64,000 nt of DNA from Bacteroidaceae bacterium (GTDB lineage Bacteria; Bacteroidota; Bacteroidia; Bacteroidales; Bacteroidaceae), in NCBI GenBank assembly GCA_024401165.1, contig JAKSLN010000001.1:1446-65445 (forward strand). Reading direction: 5' to 3'. The notes under the pieces are model-generated. The model did not search any database, was not told the DNA's origin, and saw only the letters and a program-made list of their open reading frames with translations. Shown piece by piece: positions 42,372 through 52,700 of the stretch; position 1 is the stretch's first letter; each line of letters starts with the position of its first letter. Position numbers and translations under genes: made by a program.

Positions 42372-45300
42372 CTAATATTTCGTATCGCGCAATGGTTGCA
42401 GCGAATTCTTCTTTCCGATAACCTTCTCCTCGGTCATACCCGAAGCCATACCCTTCGACGAGGCACCAGCAGGTCCCTGCCACCAGTTACCCTGGCAATT
42501 ACCGTCGGTGGCATTGACAAGGTCAGAGAGAGTGTTCTGGTACTTAGAGTAACCAATGATGCCACCCCATGCTGTGTGAGGGAGTTCGTCTTTTACTTGC
42601 CATGACACCCAACTGGTACAGTCGGAGATGTTCAGACTCGGATCATACACGCCCTTCTTGTTCGTACCGCCTACGATACCTCCATAATATACATTCGAGC
42701 CTTGCACAGCCAATTCGTCTTCTGTCTCGTTGAACTGCTGGCGGTGGTAGGTACAGCGTAGGATAGTCGCCTTGGCAGCTGAGTTTACCAAACCACCTAC
42801 GAAATAAGTCTGTTGATTACCAGAACCTTCGGGTACGGCAATGCGAACATCCACGTCGCTCTTGCAGTCCTCAATGGTAGCGCCATCGTATGCCCATACT
42901 ACAAGTCCTCCGCTGGCAGTTGATTTCACGAATGCTCCGTCGCTCGACCTCACCTTGATGTTACTGAGCACGGCCTTGTCGCCAACAACGGCGTATGCTA
43001 AGGGAGCACGTGCTGGAAGTAGCTCTGCATTGGTCTCTCCATCTTTTTTTGGCATGGCCACAATGGGTTTATCGAGTTGGAGAACAAGGTCGTAGACGTG
43101 ACTCTGAATATTGCTGAACAGCATCTTGGCATTCTCTGTACCCGTTAGTGTGATGGTCTGTTCGTTGCCATCAAGTTCACAGAGCAGGTTACCCCTTGCG
43201 CTTCCCGTACCCTGATCCTGAACGCTCAGATTCCATGTATCATCAACAGAGAAACTACTAGCCAATCGATAACGGCTGACAGTATTGTTGTATGAACTTT
43301 CTGATACGAGTTTATGAAGTTCTGCCTGTGAGTCCAGAACCTGATTGTAGCAATCCTCCTCCAGACGGGCATTGGTAATATCGCTGCCACCTACTACGGG
43401 ATTCTTTACTTTCGTCGGCCATTCATTGCCACTGGTTGTCAAATCTTGATTGCCGCCCTTAGCATAAAGGATATTTCGAAAACGATCTGCATTCTGCAAC
43501 AGCGTGATACCATAATTGTAGGTATTGTTGGTGAGCTTGCCTTCAGCCCTGCCGACGATACCACCACCGACCACCTTGCTGCCTCCATCGATGCGGGCAT
43601 TGACACCACACTGGTCGATGACGGGCTGTGAAGCGACATCAGGTACAGACTGTCCATTCTCGATTTTTGTGGGATAGAGCATCTCGGCAGCAATACCGCC
43701 AATCCAAACATCATCATTTTCGCTTGGATTATAGACAGGCAATGAGGACATACAGGCATGGATGGTACCACGATTTGTAATGACGAGACCGGCACGGGTG
43801 GCCTTTCGCTCCGTCTCACCTTGCTCCACTGTCACACGGTCTATCGACCCCAGGTTCTCCTCCGCAATGGCGCACTCTATCTCAGGGTTAGTTATACCGT
43901 CCTTGTCAGCTATCACAACCGTTCCATTGACAATACTTCCCGATACGGAGATCTTATCAAACAAGCGATTGTTGGTTGTGATGGTGGCACCAGCTAGTTT
44001 TAGGGTCATGTTAAGCGAATACTCAGAAGGGTCCCAACCCGCAGGATAGATCGGCTCGTTGTCATTCTTAGGAGTATATCCGTCCTTATAGGTTGGCTGA
44101 TATCCATCATCATCAGGGCTTTTACCACTGGCATCCTTCACCATGTTCTTCTTGTTGATCATGGCTCCGGTGACAGCCTCGTTGAGATTTAGGTTCAGCG
44201 GGATGATAACGGCCACGTTGCCTGGTTTGTTTTTAGCAGGGTTAGTCAGGAACTCTATCAAATCGGCTTTGTCGCTTATCGGTTCAGGGTCGGCAGCCTG
44301 GCCGAAGTCGTCGCAGATACTACTGAATGGCCAGTCCTCCCAATCCACTACGTAGGCCGTGATCAGGATCTTACGGGTATCCGTACTGAGCGTCACCTCA
44401 AGGATGAGGTGCTTACCCTCAGTGAGGTTATAGCGTGTCTTCACAACCTCATTCTCTGCATCAGGGGCAGAAGAGAATTCCCTGTCGTTAGCTGCATAGA
44501 ACGAGAACTTCATACCTGAGAGATTGATGGCCAGCATCTTCTGTTCGGTCATATTGCTACCCTCCGTATAGTCGTGAGGCTCCACGATAGCATCGTAGCA
44601 AGCGGTAGTGACAGTTTCTTTTTGGGGGAACTGGTTCGTGGCCTCATATTCACACTCGTAACTTCCAAGCAGAGGGGTAACCGTGGTAGACTGGTTATTC
44701 TTGTCGTAGCTGAATATGTCTATATGGATATTCTGGGGAGTGAGGACGTCATTGTACTTAATCTGTTCACGCTCCACACCCTCACCAGCCTTCAGCAGCA
44801 CGGTAATGCGCGAACGCTTGTGGCGCATGAAGAGAGGAACCTTCTTCCAGTGCTCCACGAGCTGGGTCTCAGACATATTATTATCAGGTAGTCCCCATAA
44901 CTTGTTGGCAGCGTACCACTCTTTGGCGGTGAGGTAATTGAGGCCGTCAAGGTCGCGAACAGGAGCGCCAGCACCTTCATTCAGGGCATCATCCCATCCA
45001 GGCACATAGCCATAGCCCTCAATGCGGTCTTGTTTGAAAAATTTCTCTGCGGTCGACTGGTCAGACTTTCCCGTTGGATTACCATTCCTATCGTCATCCC
45101 CGATTTTCTCTGTAGAGTTGCTCGAGACTGCATGGAAGGCATACTTCTTCACGTTGCTGGGCCAATACAAGAAGCTACCATCTTCCTCCAGCGTGCCATA
45201 GTCGTCGTAGGTGGTTACATTATCGACGGTCTTCTTCGTTGGATTATAGGTAGCAGAGGCAATCTTGGTGGCGTTACCCTCCTCGTACATGTCCACATCA

Positions 45301-45521
45301 AAGACATAGTCATCCTCTACACGTTCGAAGCGATTGATGTTCTCCCAATACTCCGCCTTGGCATCAGCACGTGTTGCCACCTGTGGCACCTGCGCGCTGA
45401 ACGATATCTCGTCGCCGGCATTGATGTCCACATCGATGTCGGGGACAATGCCCAGTTTGTCCGAGCATCCGGCACATACAGCCAGTAGTGTTATATATAG
45501 TATGTATCTAAATCTACTCAT
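42372..45521 (-). CDS. Fimbrillin-family lipoprotein fused to a GLUG-like beta-helix module (candidate tip adhesin, 1049 aa)
   Basis: AVCAGC|SDK, PQVATR|ADAK, LFMRHKRSRITVLL, AYVVDWEDW, then GGIAAEM, GGGIVGRAEG, GGLVNSA, GGIVGGTNK and GGIIGYSK. Confidence 0.7.
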   Translation of the reverse strand: MSRFRYILYITLLAVCAGCSDKLGIVPDIDVDINAGDEISFSAQVPQVATRADAKAEYWENINRFERVEDDYVFDVDMYEEGNATKIASATYNPTKKTVDNVTTYDDYGTLEEDGSFLYWPSNVKKYAFHAVSSNSTEKIGDDDRNGNPTGKSDQSTAEKFFKQDRIEGYGYVPGWDDALNEGAGAPVRDLDGLNYLTAKEWYAANKLWGLPDNNMSETQLVEHWKKVPLFMRHKRSRITVLLKAGEGVEREQIKYNDVLTPQNIHIDIFSYDKNNQSTTVTPLLGSYECEYEATNQFPQKETVTTACYDAIVEPHDYTEGSNMTEQKMLAINLSGMKFSFYAANDREFSSAPDAENEVVKTRYNLTEGKHLILEVTLSTDTRKILITAYVVDWEDWPFSSICDDFGQAADPEPISDKADLIEFLTNPAKNKPGNVAVIIPLNLNLNEAVTGAMINKKNMVKDASGKSPDDDGYQPTYKDGYTPKNDNEPIYPAGWDPSEYSLNMTLKLAGATITTNNRLFDKISVSGSIVNGTVVIADKDGITNPEIECAIAEENLGSIDRVTVEQGETERKATRAGLVITNRGTIHACMSSLPVYNPSENDDVWIGGIAAEMLYPTKIENGQSVPDVASQPVIDQCGVNARIDGGSKVVGGGIVGRAEGKLTNNTYNYGITLLQNADRFRNILYAKGGNQDLTTSGNEWPTKVKNPVVGGSDITNARLEEDCYNQVLDSQAELHKLVSESSYNNTVSRYRLASSFSVDDTWNLSVQDQGTGSARGNLLCELDGNEQTITLTGTENAKMLFSNIQSHVYDLVLQLDKPIVAMPKKDGETNAELLPARAPLAYAVVGDKAVLSNIKVRSSDGAFVKSTASGGLVVWAYDGATIEDCKSDVDVRIAVPEGSGNQQTYFVGGLVNSAAKATILRCTYHRQQFNETEDELAVQGSNVYYGGIVGGTNKKGVYDPSLNISDCTSWVSWQVKDELPHTAWGGIIGYSKYQNTLSDLVNATDGNCQGNWWQGPAGASSKGMASGMTEEKVIGKKNSLQPLRDTKY

Positions 45522-45526
45522 TCTCC

Positions 45527-47431
45527 TTAGTTTGTCGATGTGCTATTATCGATGATACCACTCGTTCCGTAATTCAAGTCGTCAGACAACTGCCATCCGT
45601 CGATTACCGCACGGATAAAGGCAATGGTACCACGTCGAAGTTCGAAGTCATATACATAACGATAACCGCTTTGCAGGTTTTTCAGCGAATGACCACGGTC
45701 ATCGATGGTGATGGCATACGTGGCTACATGCTTAACACCAGCTTTCGTTTCTTCATCCTCTTCATAGTCGTCTTCCTTCCATGTGATGCGGATGGCTTGC
45801 AACTGTCCGAAGGCAATGGCATTAAACGACCGCAGCGAAGTCAAAGGTTTTGCATCATCGTCCATCTTAAACATGTTAAACGATGTGCCGTGCTCGTTAT
45901 CCTTCAGTTGCTCTGCCGTAAATTTGCTCTTCACTACCGGGTCGTATGTGGGCGGAATCTGCGTACCGTCTTTATTGATGTTGGTGAAGACATAACCCTT
46001 CTCGGTGACGCCGAGGAGCTCTACGCTAAGAATATTCTCAGGTTTGATGTCGGGGGTATTCTCACCCTTCATGAGGTTGACCTGAATCTGCGAGAACTGA
46101 TGCTTGAAGTACAGACGCACACGGTTAGCCTCTTGTGTAGCACCCGTTGGTTTCATCTTCGTGTAGGCAATAAGAGGGTCGGGCTGTTCGTTAATGCTAT
46201 TAATCTCGTATGTTCCAGGAGCATTCTTTATGGGCTTTCGGGTAAGGTCAAAGACATTGGCTGGAGCAACCTCAATGACGTCTTCAATTTTTTTCTTTTC
46301 ACGCAGTTGGTAAACCAGAATCTTGTTGAAATCCACCAGTTTCCCTTCTGCATCAAAGGCATCTGTCTTGTAAGCAACCCACCATCTACCATTGTGGAAA
46401 GTACCTTCTGCGGTTTCCTCCTCATCCGAATATAAGGACTCTTGCTTCAAGTCCTTCTCAAGGGCAACCTTCTGCTCGTCAGTCAGTGTCGAGGATTTTA
46501 TAAGGTCGATAACCTTTTTCTGCGTATCCTCAATGGTTTCTTTAGTAATAGTCGGACTACTATAATAACCAGAAATGGGGAAATGATCTTCATATTCGGC
46601 GGTCATGGGATAGGTGGTCGTTGTCTCAAATTCCTCGAACTTCAATACGTCAATGGTCGACGGAACGGTATAAGGTTCTGGAACTGGCTCGTATGGGTGC
46701 TCAACTACCCATTTTTCAGGGTTTTCCTCGTATGCCTTGTAAGCATCAAATTTGTCTTTATCGAAATCTGGGTTCGGCTCCTTATCCGTTGCAAACACCA
46801 TCTTCTTGTAGTTATAAGTCTCCCATGACGGTTTAGTTCCGGTCTTTGTCTTCTTCTCGCCATCGGCTTCGGGATACATGAAGAGCGCACGCGACCTTGG
46901 CAGAGTATTTCCATCCTTGTCTGTGTTGGTGGACAATTCCCATTTGTTCGTTTTCAGCAGATTGAAGTCAGTATAGGCCAGGAAGATGTGGTCCAGACGG
47001 TTACGCCAGTAGAAGAACTGGGCATTAGGGTCGAAGCCATAATCTTTGTAGTTTGCATCCTCGCGATCCGCCGGTGTCAGGTCTCTAAATTCTCGATTCC
47101 AGTAGACCGAGTTACCCTCTTTGTTATTGACACGCAACCACGAAGTGATAGGTGTATTCTCTACATCAAAGGCACTTGCGTCCGTGTCAGTCGCCTTAGC
47201 ATGGTAGTACATCTTGCACACGAAACGTCCTTCCTGTTCCATATAGGGAATGACGGCACGCGTAGTTGTATTGCCGCTGTTACCCGATGAAAATAACACC
47301 AACTGCCCGATGCCCTTGTCCTGATTCAGTGGGTTCTCTGTCCCCGGCTGAGCTAAGTCGAAACTATCGGAGCATGCTGTCACTACCAGCATGGCTACCA
47401 TCAGGGATAATATGTATTTCAGTTTTTTCAA
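45527..47431 (-). CDS. Fimbrillin-family lipoprotein with about 300-aa insertion; apparent TTG start
   Basis: (M)KKLKYILSLMVAMLVVTAC|SDS, GNTTTR|AVIP, LYFKHQFSQIQVNL, AVIDGWQL. The first codon (47431-47429) is TTG. The next ATG would remove the signal n-region. Confidence 0.65.
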   Translation of the reverse strand: MKKLKYILSLMVAMLVVTACSDSFDLAQPGTENPLNQDKGIGQLVLFSSGNSGNTTTRAVIPYMEQEGRFVCKMYYHAKATDTDASAFDVENTPITSWLRVNNKEGNSVYWNREFRDLTPADREDANYKDYGFDPNAQFFYWRNRLDHIFLAYTDFNLLKTNKWELSTNTDKDGNTLPRSRALFMYPEADGEKKTKTGTKPSWETYNYKKMVFATDKEPNPDFDKDKFDAYKAYEENPEKWVVEHPYEPVPEPYTVPSTIDVLKFEEFETTTTYPMTAEYEDHFPISGYYSSPTITKETIEDTQKKVIDLIKSSTLTDEQKVALEKDLKQESLYSDEEETAEGTFHNGRWWVAYKTDAFDAEGKLVDFNKILVYQLREKKKIEDVIEVAPANVFDLTRKPIKNAPGTYEINSINEQPDPLIAYTKMKPTGATQEANRVRLYFKHQFSQIQVNLMKGENTPDIKPENILSVELLGVTEKGYVFTNINKDGTQIPPTYDPVVKSKFTAEQLKDNEHGTSFNMFKMDDDAKPLTSLRSFNAIAFGQLQAIRITWKEDDYEEDEETKAGVKHVATYAITIDDRGHSLKNLQSGYRYVYDFELRRGTIAFIRAVIDGWQLSDDLNYGTSGIIDNSTSTN

Positions 47432-47444
47432 AGTTCTATATTTT

Positions 47445-47507
47445 AACCGTTCAATCGATTAATCGTTAATATCCCCTCCCCATAGAGGGGGAGGGTTAGG
47501 GAGAGGG
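47445..47507. repeat. Composite intergenic element: AATCG/TTAA module + C/G hairpin + canonical G-quadruplex motif
   Basis: AACCGTTCAATCGATTAATCGTTAAT (47445-47470). Hairpin CCCTCCCC-ATAGAG-GGGGAGGG. GGGGGAGGGTTAGGGAGAGGG (47487-47507) gives four G3+ tracts with loops A, TTA and AGA. Confidence 0.65.
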
Positions 47508-47512
47508 TATCT

Positions 47513-49780
47513 TTAGTCCCACTCAAGCGTAGCCTTACCGCCACCTTCCACCTTTTTCCACTCTTCAACCACAGCTCGGAAGGTGATGGTCTCCTTACCC
47601 AGTTCGATGGTGTAGGTGTAATGTACGCCAGGCTTCCATTCTGTAATGTACTCGTCTCCGGTTTGGCCGTTGGCTGTAACCTCTGTTATGCACTTGTTGA
47701 GCTGTGCCTTATAGACTGTTCCATCTGCCAGCGTGATGATTACCATGGCTTCATTCTTGATGGTCTGAGGGGTGATGATATAATTTCTCAGTGTCACTTC
47801 TTCCTTGTAGGTCGTTGTTATGTCATTCTCTTTAGATGCGAAGAATCCCATACGAGATGGTATGGCTCCTGCATCCTCGCTGAAGGTCTTCTCCGTGACT
47901 GCTGAAGGTGTGATTTTACCCTCGAAGAGTTCAATTGTTCCGCCGGTTGCAAGGTTTGTCAACTGGATGGTAGCACCATGGAGGTCGAGATGAGACGAGC
48001 CGTCACTGTTGCCAGCAAGGGCATCCACCAGATTGAAGGTTATCTGCGACATGGCATGATAAAATTTCAACGGCACATGACCCGTGCGAGGGCTTACTGC
48101 CTGACCTTCTGTATATCCATTTGCTTCTGCCGTTGTTCCCCACAGGGCATCACGACCATTCTCCATGATGAGTGACTCATTTTCTGGCGTGGCCGTCTTA
48201 TCGTCTTTTGCACCTGAGAGGGCGCGGAAGTACTGCTTGCCTATACCCTGCCAATAAATGGTGGGGTTGTATGACCACTCATGCGTTGTCGAATTGTATT
48301 TCAGATGAGTAGCAAGGGGACCATAGTTCGGAGTTGAATTGTTAGAGTCGAATGCTGACATGTATACATCAAAACCATCATGCTGGAGGGCGTCTACTAT
48401 GGTACCATTGTTGTCCTTGACATCATTTTCAAAAATGATCTCACCAACACTTTCTGCTTCAACTTCTTCCCAGTCGAGGATGGTGGCATACACTGTAACC
48501 TTGGTTTTGCTGACAGTAACGTTCAGTTTATAATGTACGCCTGAGCGCATCTGATGTCCCTGTCCCGTTGGAATAGGGCCTCCAGTGGCACGTGTTCTTG
48601 GCCTTGCCTGTGCTGTACCGTTGTCCACATCTTCAACGTCATTGTCAAGTTGATGTCCCCAACCTGTGCCATCAGACTTCGCTTCCAGCATAGCCTCAGT
48701 GACAAGGATGTCATAGGTATTGCCAGCCATGTCGGTGATGGTGGCGAGGGTGTTACCCACACTCAGGATGGAGGGAACGACAATGGCCTCGTATGCACGA
48801 CTGGGTTTCTCATTCGTTTTGGTAACGTTGCCAGGTTTCATCTTGATGTTGCCCTTACTTCCCGCGTCTTTCGAATATTCGAGTTCGGCAGTTGGTGCCT
48901 TTGCCGTACACTTGATGCGTACATCCTTGAGTTCAACCTTCGTGTCTTCTTCTCCGGTCTTGAAGTCATAATCAGCCGCAAAACCTTCACCGGCAATGAC
49001 GTTGATGGTCACCTTGCTCATGGCATGGGTGTAAGGGATGATGAGGTCGCCATGGTCTCCATCTACATTTTTATCTGCGTGAGCATACTTTACGGGTTTT
49101 TGCTCTGGAGACCAGAGAAGATCGCTCTTCTGGAAGTTGGTTGTTCCAGTGGTGCCCGATTGGTCTTTCTGGACAGTCCAACCGATCACGCCTGTTTCTT
49201 CGATCAATGCAGTTGTTGGCTCTCCACCATTATAACAGTATCCATAGTACGACTGCAGGTAGTTATTGGCACTATGAAGATCGGTCTTTGACGATGTTGC
49301 ATCGCTGAAGTCATCCCAATAGAGTCCATTAACGTCTTGATTCTTCGTATTTTTGTATGTTACTGATAATCCTGATGCCTGTTGGGTATTGGTAGAGTTG
49401 ATTTCAAGCTCTGAACCAAAAGGCATAATATTCATGGTTTTGCTCCATGCTTTGTATCCTGTACACGAAAGATTAATGAGACGAGGAGCCTGATCGGCTA
49501 TTTTTGATGTACGCTTGTTAGCTTCCTCTGTAGTAAATCCTCCATTCCACTCGACGTGTCGAATGTAGGCAATCATTTGGTCACCATTGTCAAACTCATT
49601 ATCCTTTGCACGCGTCTTCGCAGCCTTGCCTTTGGTATTGAGCAGGGCAGTCACGGTGAGCGGAGTCTTTGTACCATCGCCAGAGAGAGTTTGCTCCGTA
49701 TAGTGGTCATAGTCCGCACAAGCGGCCAGTGCCAACACGGGTAAAAGGAGCAGTATCTTATGTATCTTCATTCTTCTCAT
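47513..49780 (-). CDS. Double-module fimbrillin-family lipoprotein (755 aa)
   Basis: LALAAC|ADYD and KAAKTR|AKDN. Module 1: PYTHAMSKVTINVI ... ATILDWEEVEAE. Module 2: KFYHAMSQITFNLV ... AVVEEWKKVEG. The ATG shares one base with the stop of the upstream gene (TAATG). Confidence 0.7.
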   Translation of the reverse strand: MRRMKIHKILLLLPVLALAACADYDHYTEQTLSGDGTKTPLTVTALLNTKGKAAKTRAKDNEFDNGDQMIAYIRHVEWNGGFTTEEANKRTSKIADQAPRLINLSCTGYKAWSKTMNIMPFGSELEINSTNTQQASGLSVTYKNTKNQDVNGLYWDDFSDATSSKTDLHSANNYLQSYYGYCYNGGEPTTALIEETGVIGWTVQKDQSGTTGTTNFQKSDLLWSPEQKPVKYAHADKNVDGDHGDLIIPYTHAMSKVTINVIAGEGFAADYDFKTGEEDTKVELKDVRIKCTAKAPTAELEYSKDAGSKGNIKMKPGNVTKTNEKPSRAYEAIVVPSILSVGNTLATITDMAGNTYDILVTEAMLEAKSDGTGWGHQLDNDVEDVDNGTAQARPRTRATGGPIPTGQGHQMRSGVHYKLNVTVSKTKVTVYATILDWEEVEAESVGEIIFENDVKDNNGTIVDALQHDGFDVYMSAFDSNNSTPNYGPLATHLKYNSTTHEWSYNPTIYWQGIGKQYFRALSGAKDDKTATPENESLIMENGRDALWGTTAEANGYTEGQAVSPRTGHVPLKFYHAMSQITFNLVDALAGNSDGSSHLDLHGATIQLTNLATGGTIELFEGKITPSAVTEKTFSEDAGAIPSRMGFFASKENDITTTYKEEVTLRNYIITPQTIKNEAMVIITLADGTVYKAQLNKCITEVTANGQTGDEYITEWKPGVHYTYTIELGKETITFRAVVEEWKKVEGGGKATLEWD

Positions 49781-52700
49781 TACTTATTCACGTAAACCTT
49801 GATTGTTTTGCCATTTGACATCTTCATGATGTTCATGCCCTTCTGGAGACCATTCTGCTTGCGGCCCTGTAGGTCGTAGACTGCCTCCACATCGAAATCG
49901 TCATTTTGGGCAGAACCGATGCCATCTACTTCGTCCTCGTCAACAATATGGATGTTGAGTACACTCGCCTTAGCTGTACTTCCTGTAATTGGTTGGATGT
50001 ATGCACGGAAGGCAGGAACGGTCAGAGAGGTCTTAGCCTGATGGAAGGCATCGCTGTTGAGGTAGTAGATACCTGACAGGCCATCGGTTATCGTTTTTTT
50101 GGTAAACCTACCCACCAGACCATTTGCCTTCAAGGCATCATCATTATCTTCATCTGTCATAGTTGTGACACTGGCCATCGCACTTTCGATAGTGAAGTTT
50201 GTCTTACGACTGTCGAGTTGGAATATGACGGGAGTGCCAGCGGCAATATTACCTTCTATATTCTCAATATTAAGGACTCCATTAGTCGCATCGATACTGG
50301 CAACTTTATAGAATGTCATGTCATCTTGAGTCGTAGTAGAGAATGAGAAGGGCAAGCAGAGTGTACCATACTCCGTACCCGCGGCACCCATGCCGCTGTT
50401 GCGAACATACTTAGCAGTGGCAATGGTATAGGGCTCGGAAGGAGCTGTCCAGTTTGTACCGTCATTGATGACAATCTCGTTTATCAAGTAGAACAAATGG
50501 TTGCTCTTTGGATTAGCAGCTACCGTGTAGCCTTTTTTACAAATGGCCTGAGCAATCTTCTTGCTAAAATAGTCGCCGGTGACGAAACCATCTGTAAGGT
50601 CCGTAGAACCTGTGTAAGCAATTGGTTTGTCGTCATCATTAGTTCCACAAACGAATGTGCCTCCCGTAACTTCGGGCAATGTCGAGTATCCTGCAATCTC
50701 AACGCCATGGGTCTTACCCGTGAAGGTTCCGCCAGTGATGATCACCTTTCCGGCGTTGGCATATACAGCCTCTGTACCACTTATCTTACCACCTTCGATG
50801 GTCAATTCACCTGATGACTGCCAGTCAATACCCTTGCCGTTCGTGGATGTGACAGTGGCGGTATTTGCTACAGAGAGTGAACCTGCGGTGGCTTCAATAG
50901 CATTCGATGCATTTGATGCATTTGATGTGTTCTGCACCTTGCCAGCCACGGTGAGATTTCCGCCGTTCAATGCTATTGTGTTTGCCCCGGTAGAAGTGAA
51001 GTTCGTCTTCTGATCGGTAGTTACCGTGCCTTGGGCTACAGTTAGGCTCACACCTGCCGTGGTGACAGTCATGTTCTGAAGAGCAACGGTTCCGTCAGAA
51101 ATATTGATGTTGATACCATCCTTTTCAGATGTGATACCACCATTCTTGAGGGTTACGCCCGCACCCACCGTCACAGCTGCACCCGAACCTTGATTGCCAA
51201 TGATTGAATAGTCATCCATATTCAGGATGAGGGCTTTGTTGAGTTCTACAGGACTGGTTACAGTCAGGTTGTCAAGAAGCATTACTTCGGCACCAGCAGC
51301 TACAGCACCGATGGCATCGCTAATCTTTGCGTATTGGTTGCCATTTGCTGTGGTCTTTGCTATCATGCTGACATCGCCCGTGAAACGAGGCTTGTTGCCT
51401 TCTGAGTCAACGATGCAAGCAATGATACCGGTAACAGTTGCGCTGTTGCTGATATTGACTCTGCCAACACCCGGGAAATTGGTGTTCTCGACCAAAGCAA
51501 TGGCATAGCCGTTGGTTGAGGGAGCATCATCACTTGCTCTATGCGTTGTGCTACCTGTTGCAGTAACGATTGCTCCAGCATCTACGGTGAGATCACCGCC
51601 CTTCATCTCGATGGCACCGGCAGTCGTTCCGCTACCGATTACCTTACCACCACCGTCAACAACGAGATCGCCAACATTTGCCTGGTAGATGGCAACTGCA
51701 TCTGTGGCTGTCACTTCTGCACCAGAATAAACATGAATCTTGTCCACCTCATCGGCAGTCACGATAGCACTATGACCTTCCGTGGTAACCGTGGTAACCT
51801 TACCCTTCACATCAAGCGTCTCACGAGTACGGGTACCAGAGAGCAATACACCCGGTGATGACGAGGAAGAAACCTCGACGTTATTACTTACAAGAAGTGA
51901 GACGGCACGGTTTGTACCTTCGTCACTACCTACCTGGATGGTGGCAGGAGCAGCCCCAGTGCTTGTGACGATACCGTTTGTCATCGTCACATGACCATGG
52001 CTTACCTGCACGGCAGCACATCCGTTACCAGTCAAAGTATAAGTATTGAGGTCGAAGGTATAGGTCTTCTCGGCATCCATCACGAAGGGCGTTGATTGCG
52101 TGAGGCTCATGAGCAGCTTCACAATACCTTCTTGGGGCACAATCTTGATTGCATCGTTCAGAGAGAAGTATTGATCGTTACCGATGGCAGCTAACTTAGT
52201 GGTGAACTTTCCTGTATATGAAGGATTGAAATCAGTGACATCCGAATCATGCAGTTGGGCAACAGCACCTATGACTTCGGCAGAACTGTCAATTGACACA
52301 TTGGTAACTTTCTGTCCATTAGTGTTATTCTGAACTACTGCTACGGCATATCCAACTGATGAGCAACCAGTATCGTTTGCTACATGAAGAGGAGTGCCTG
52401 TAGCAATAATGTGTGCTGTAGACGTTACTGCAAGACTACCACCCTTCATCTCAATGCCACCAGCACCCTTCACTGTAACTGTACCATCGATGGTAACAGT
52501 GCCTGCTAGTGAATTATAGATTGCGACATTGTCCGAAGCGTTGATGTTTGCCGTAGAGCCTATAGAGATTGTTGCTGTTGTCGGGCCGGTCGGACCTTGT
52601 CCGGCAATAGCAGGCTTATTTTTAGTACTTACATTTCCTTTTACGGTGAGACTTGCATTAGTGTTTTGGCCTTCAACAACAACACCATAGCATTCGTCTG

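Noticed and set aside
50900-50926. 9-bp x3 tandem repeat (GCATTYGAT) encoding NASNASNA inside the T9SS adhesin gene, considered as a phase-variation tract
   Set aside because: The unit length is a multiple of three, so slippage would only add or remove NAS tripeptides. It cannot switch the gene on or off.
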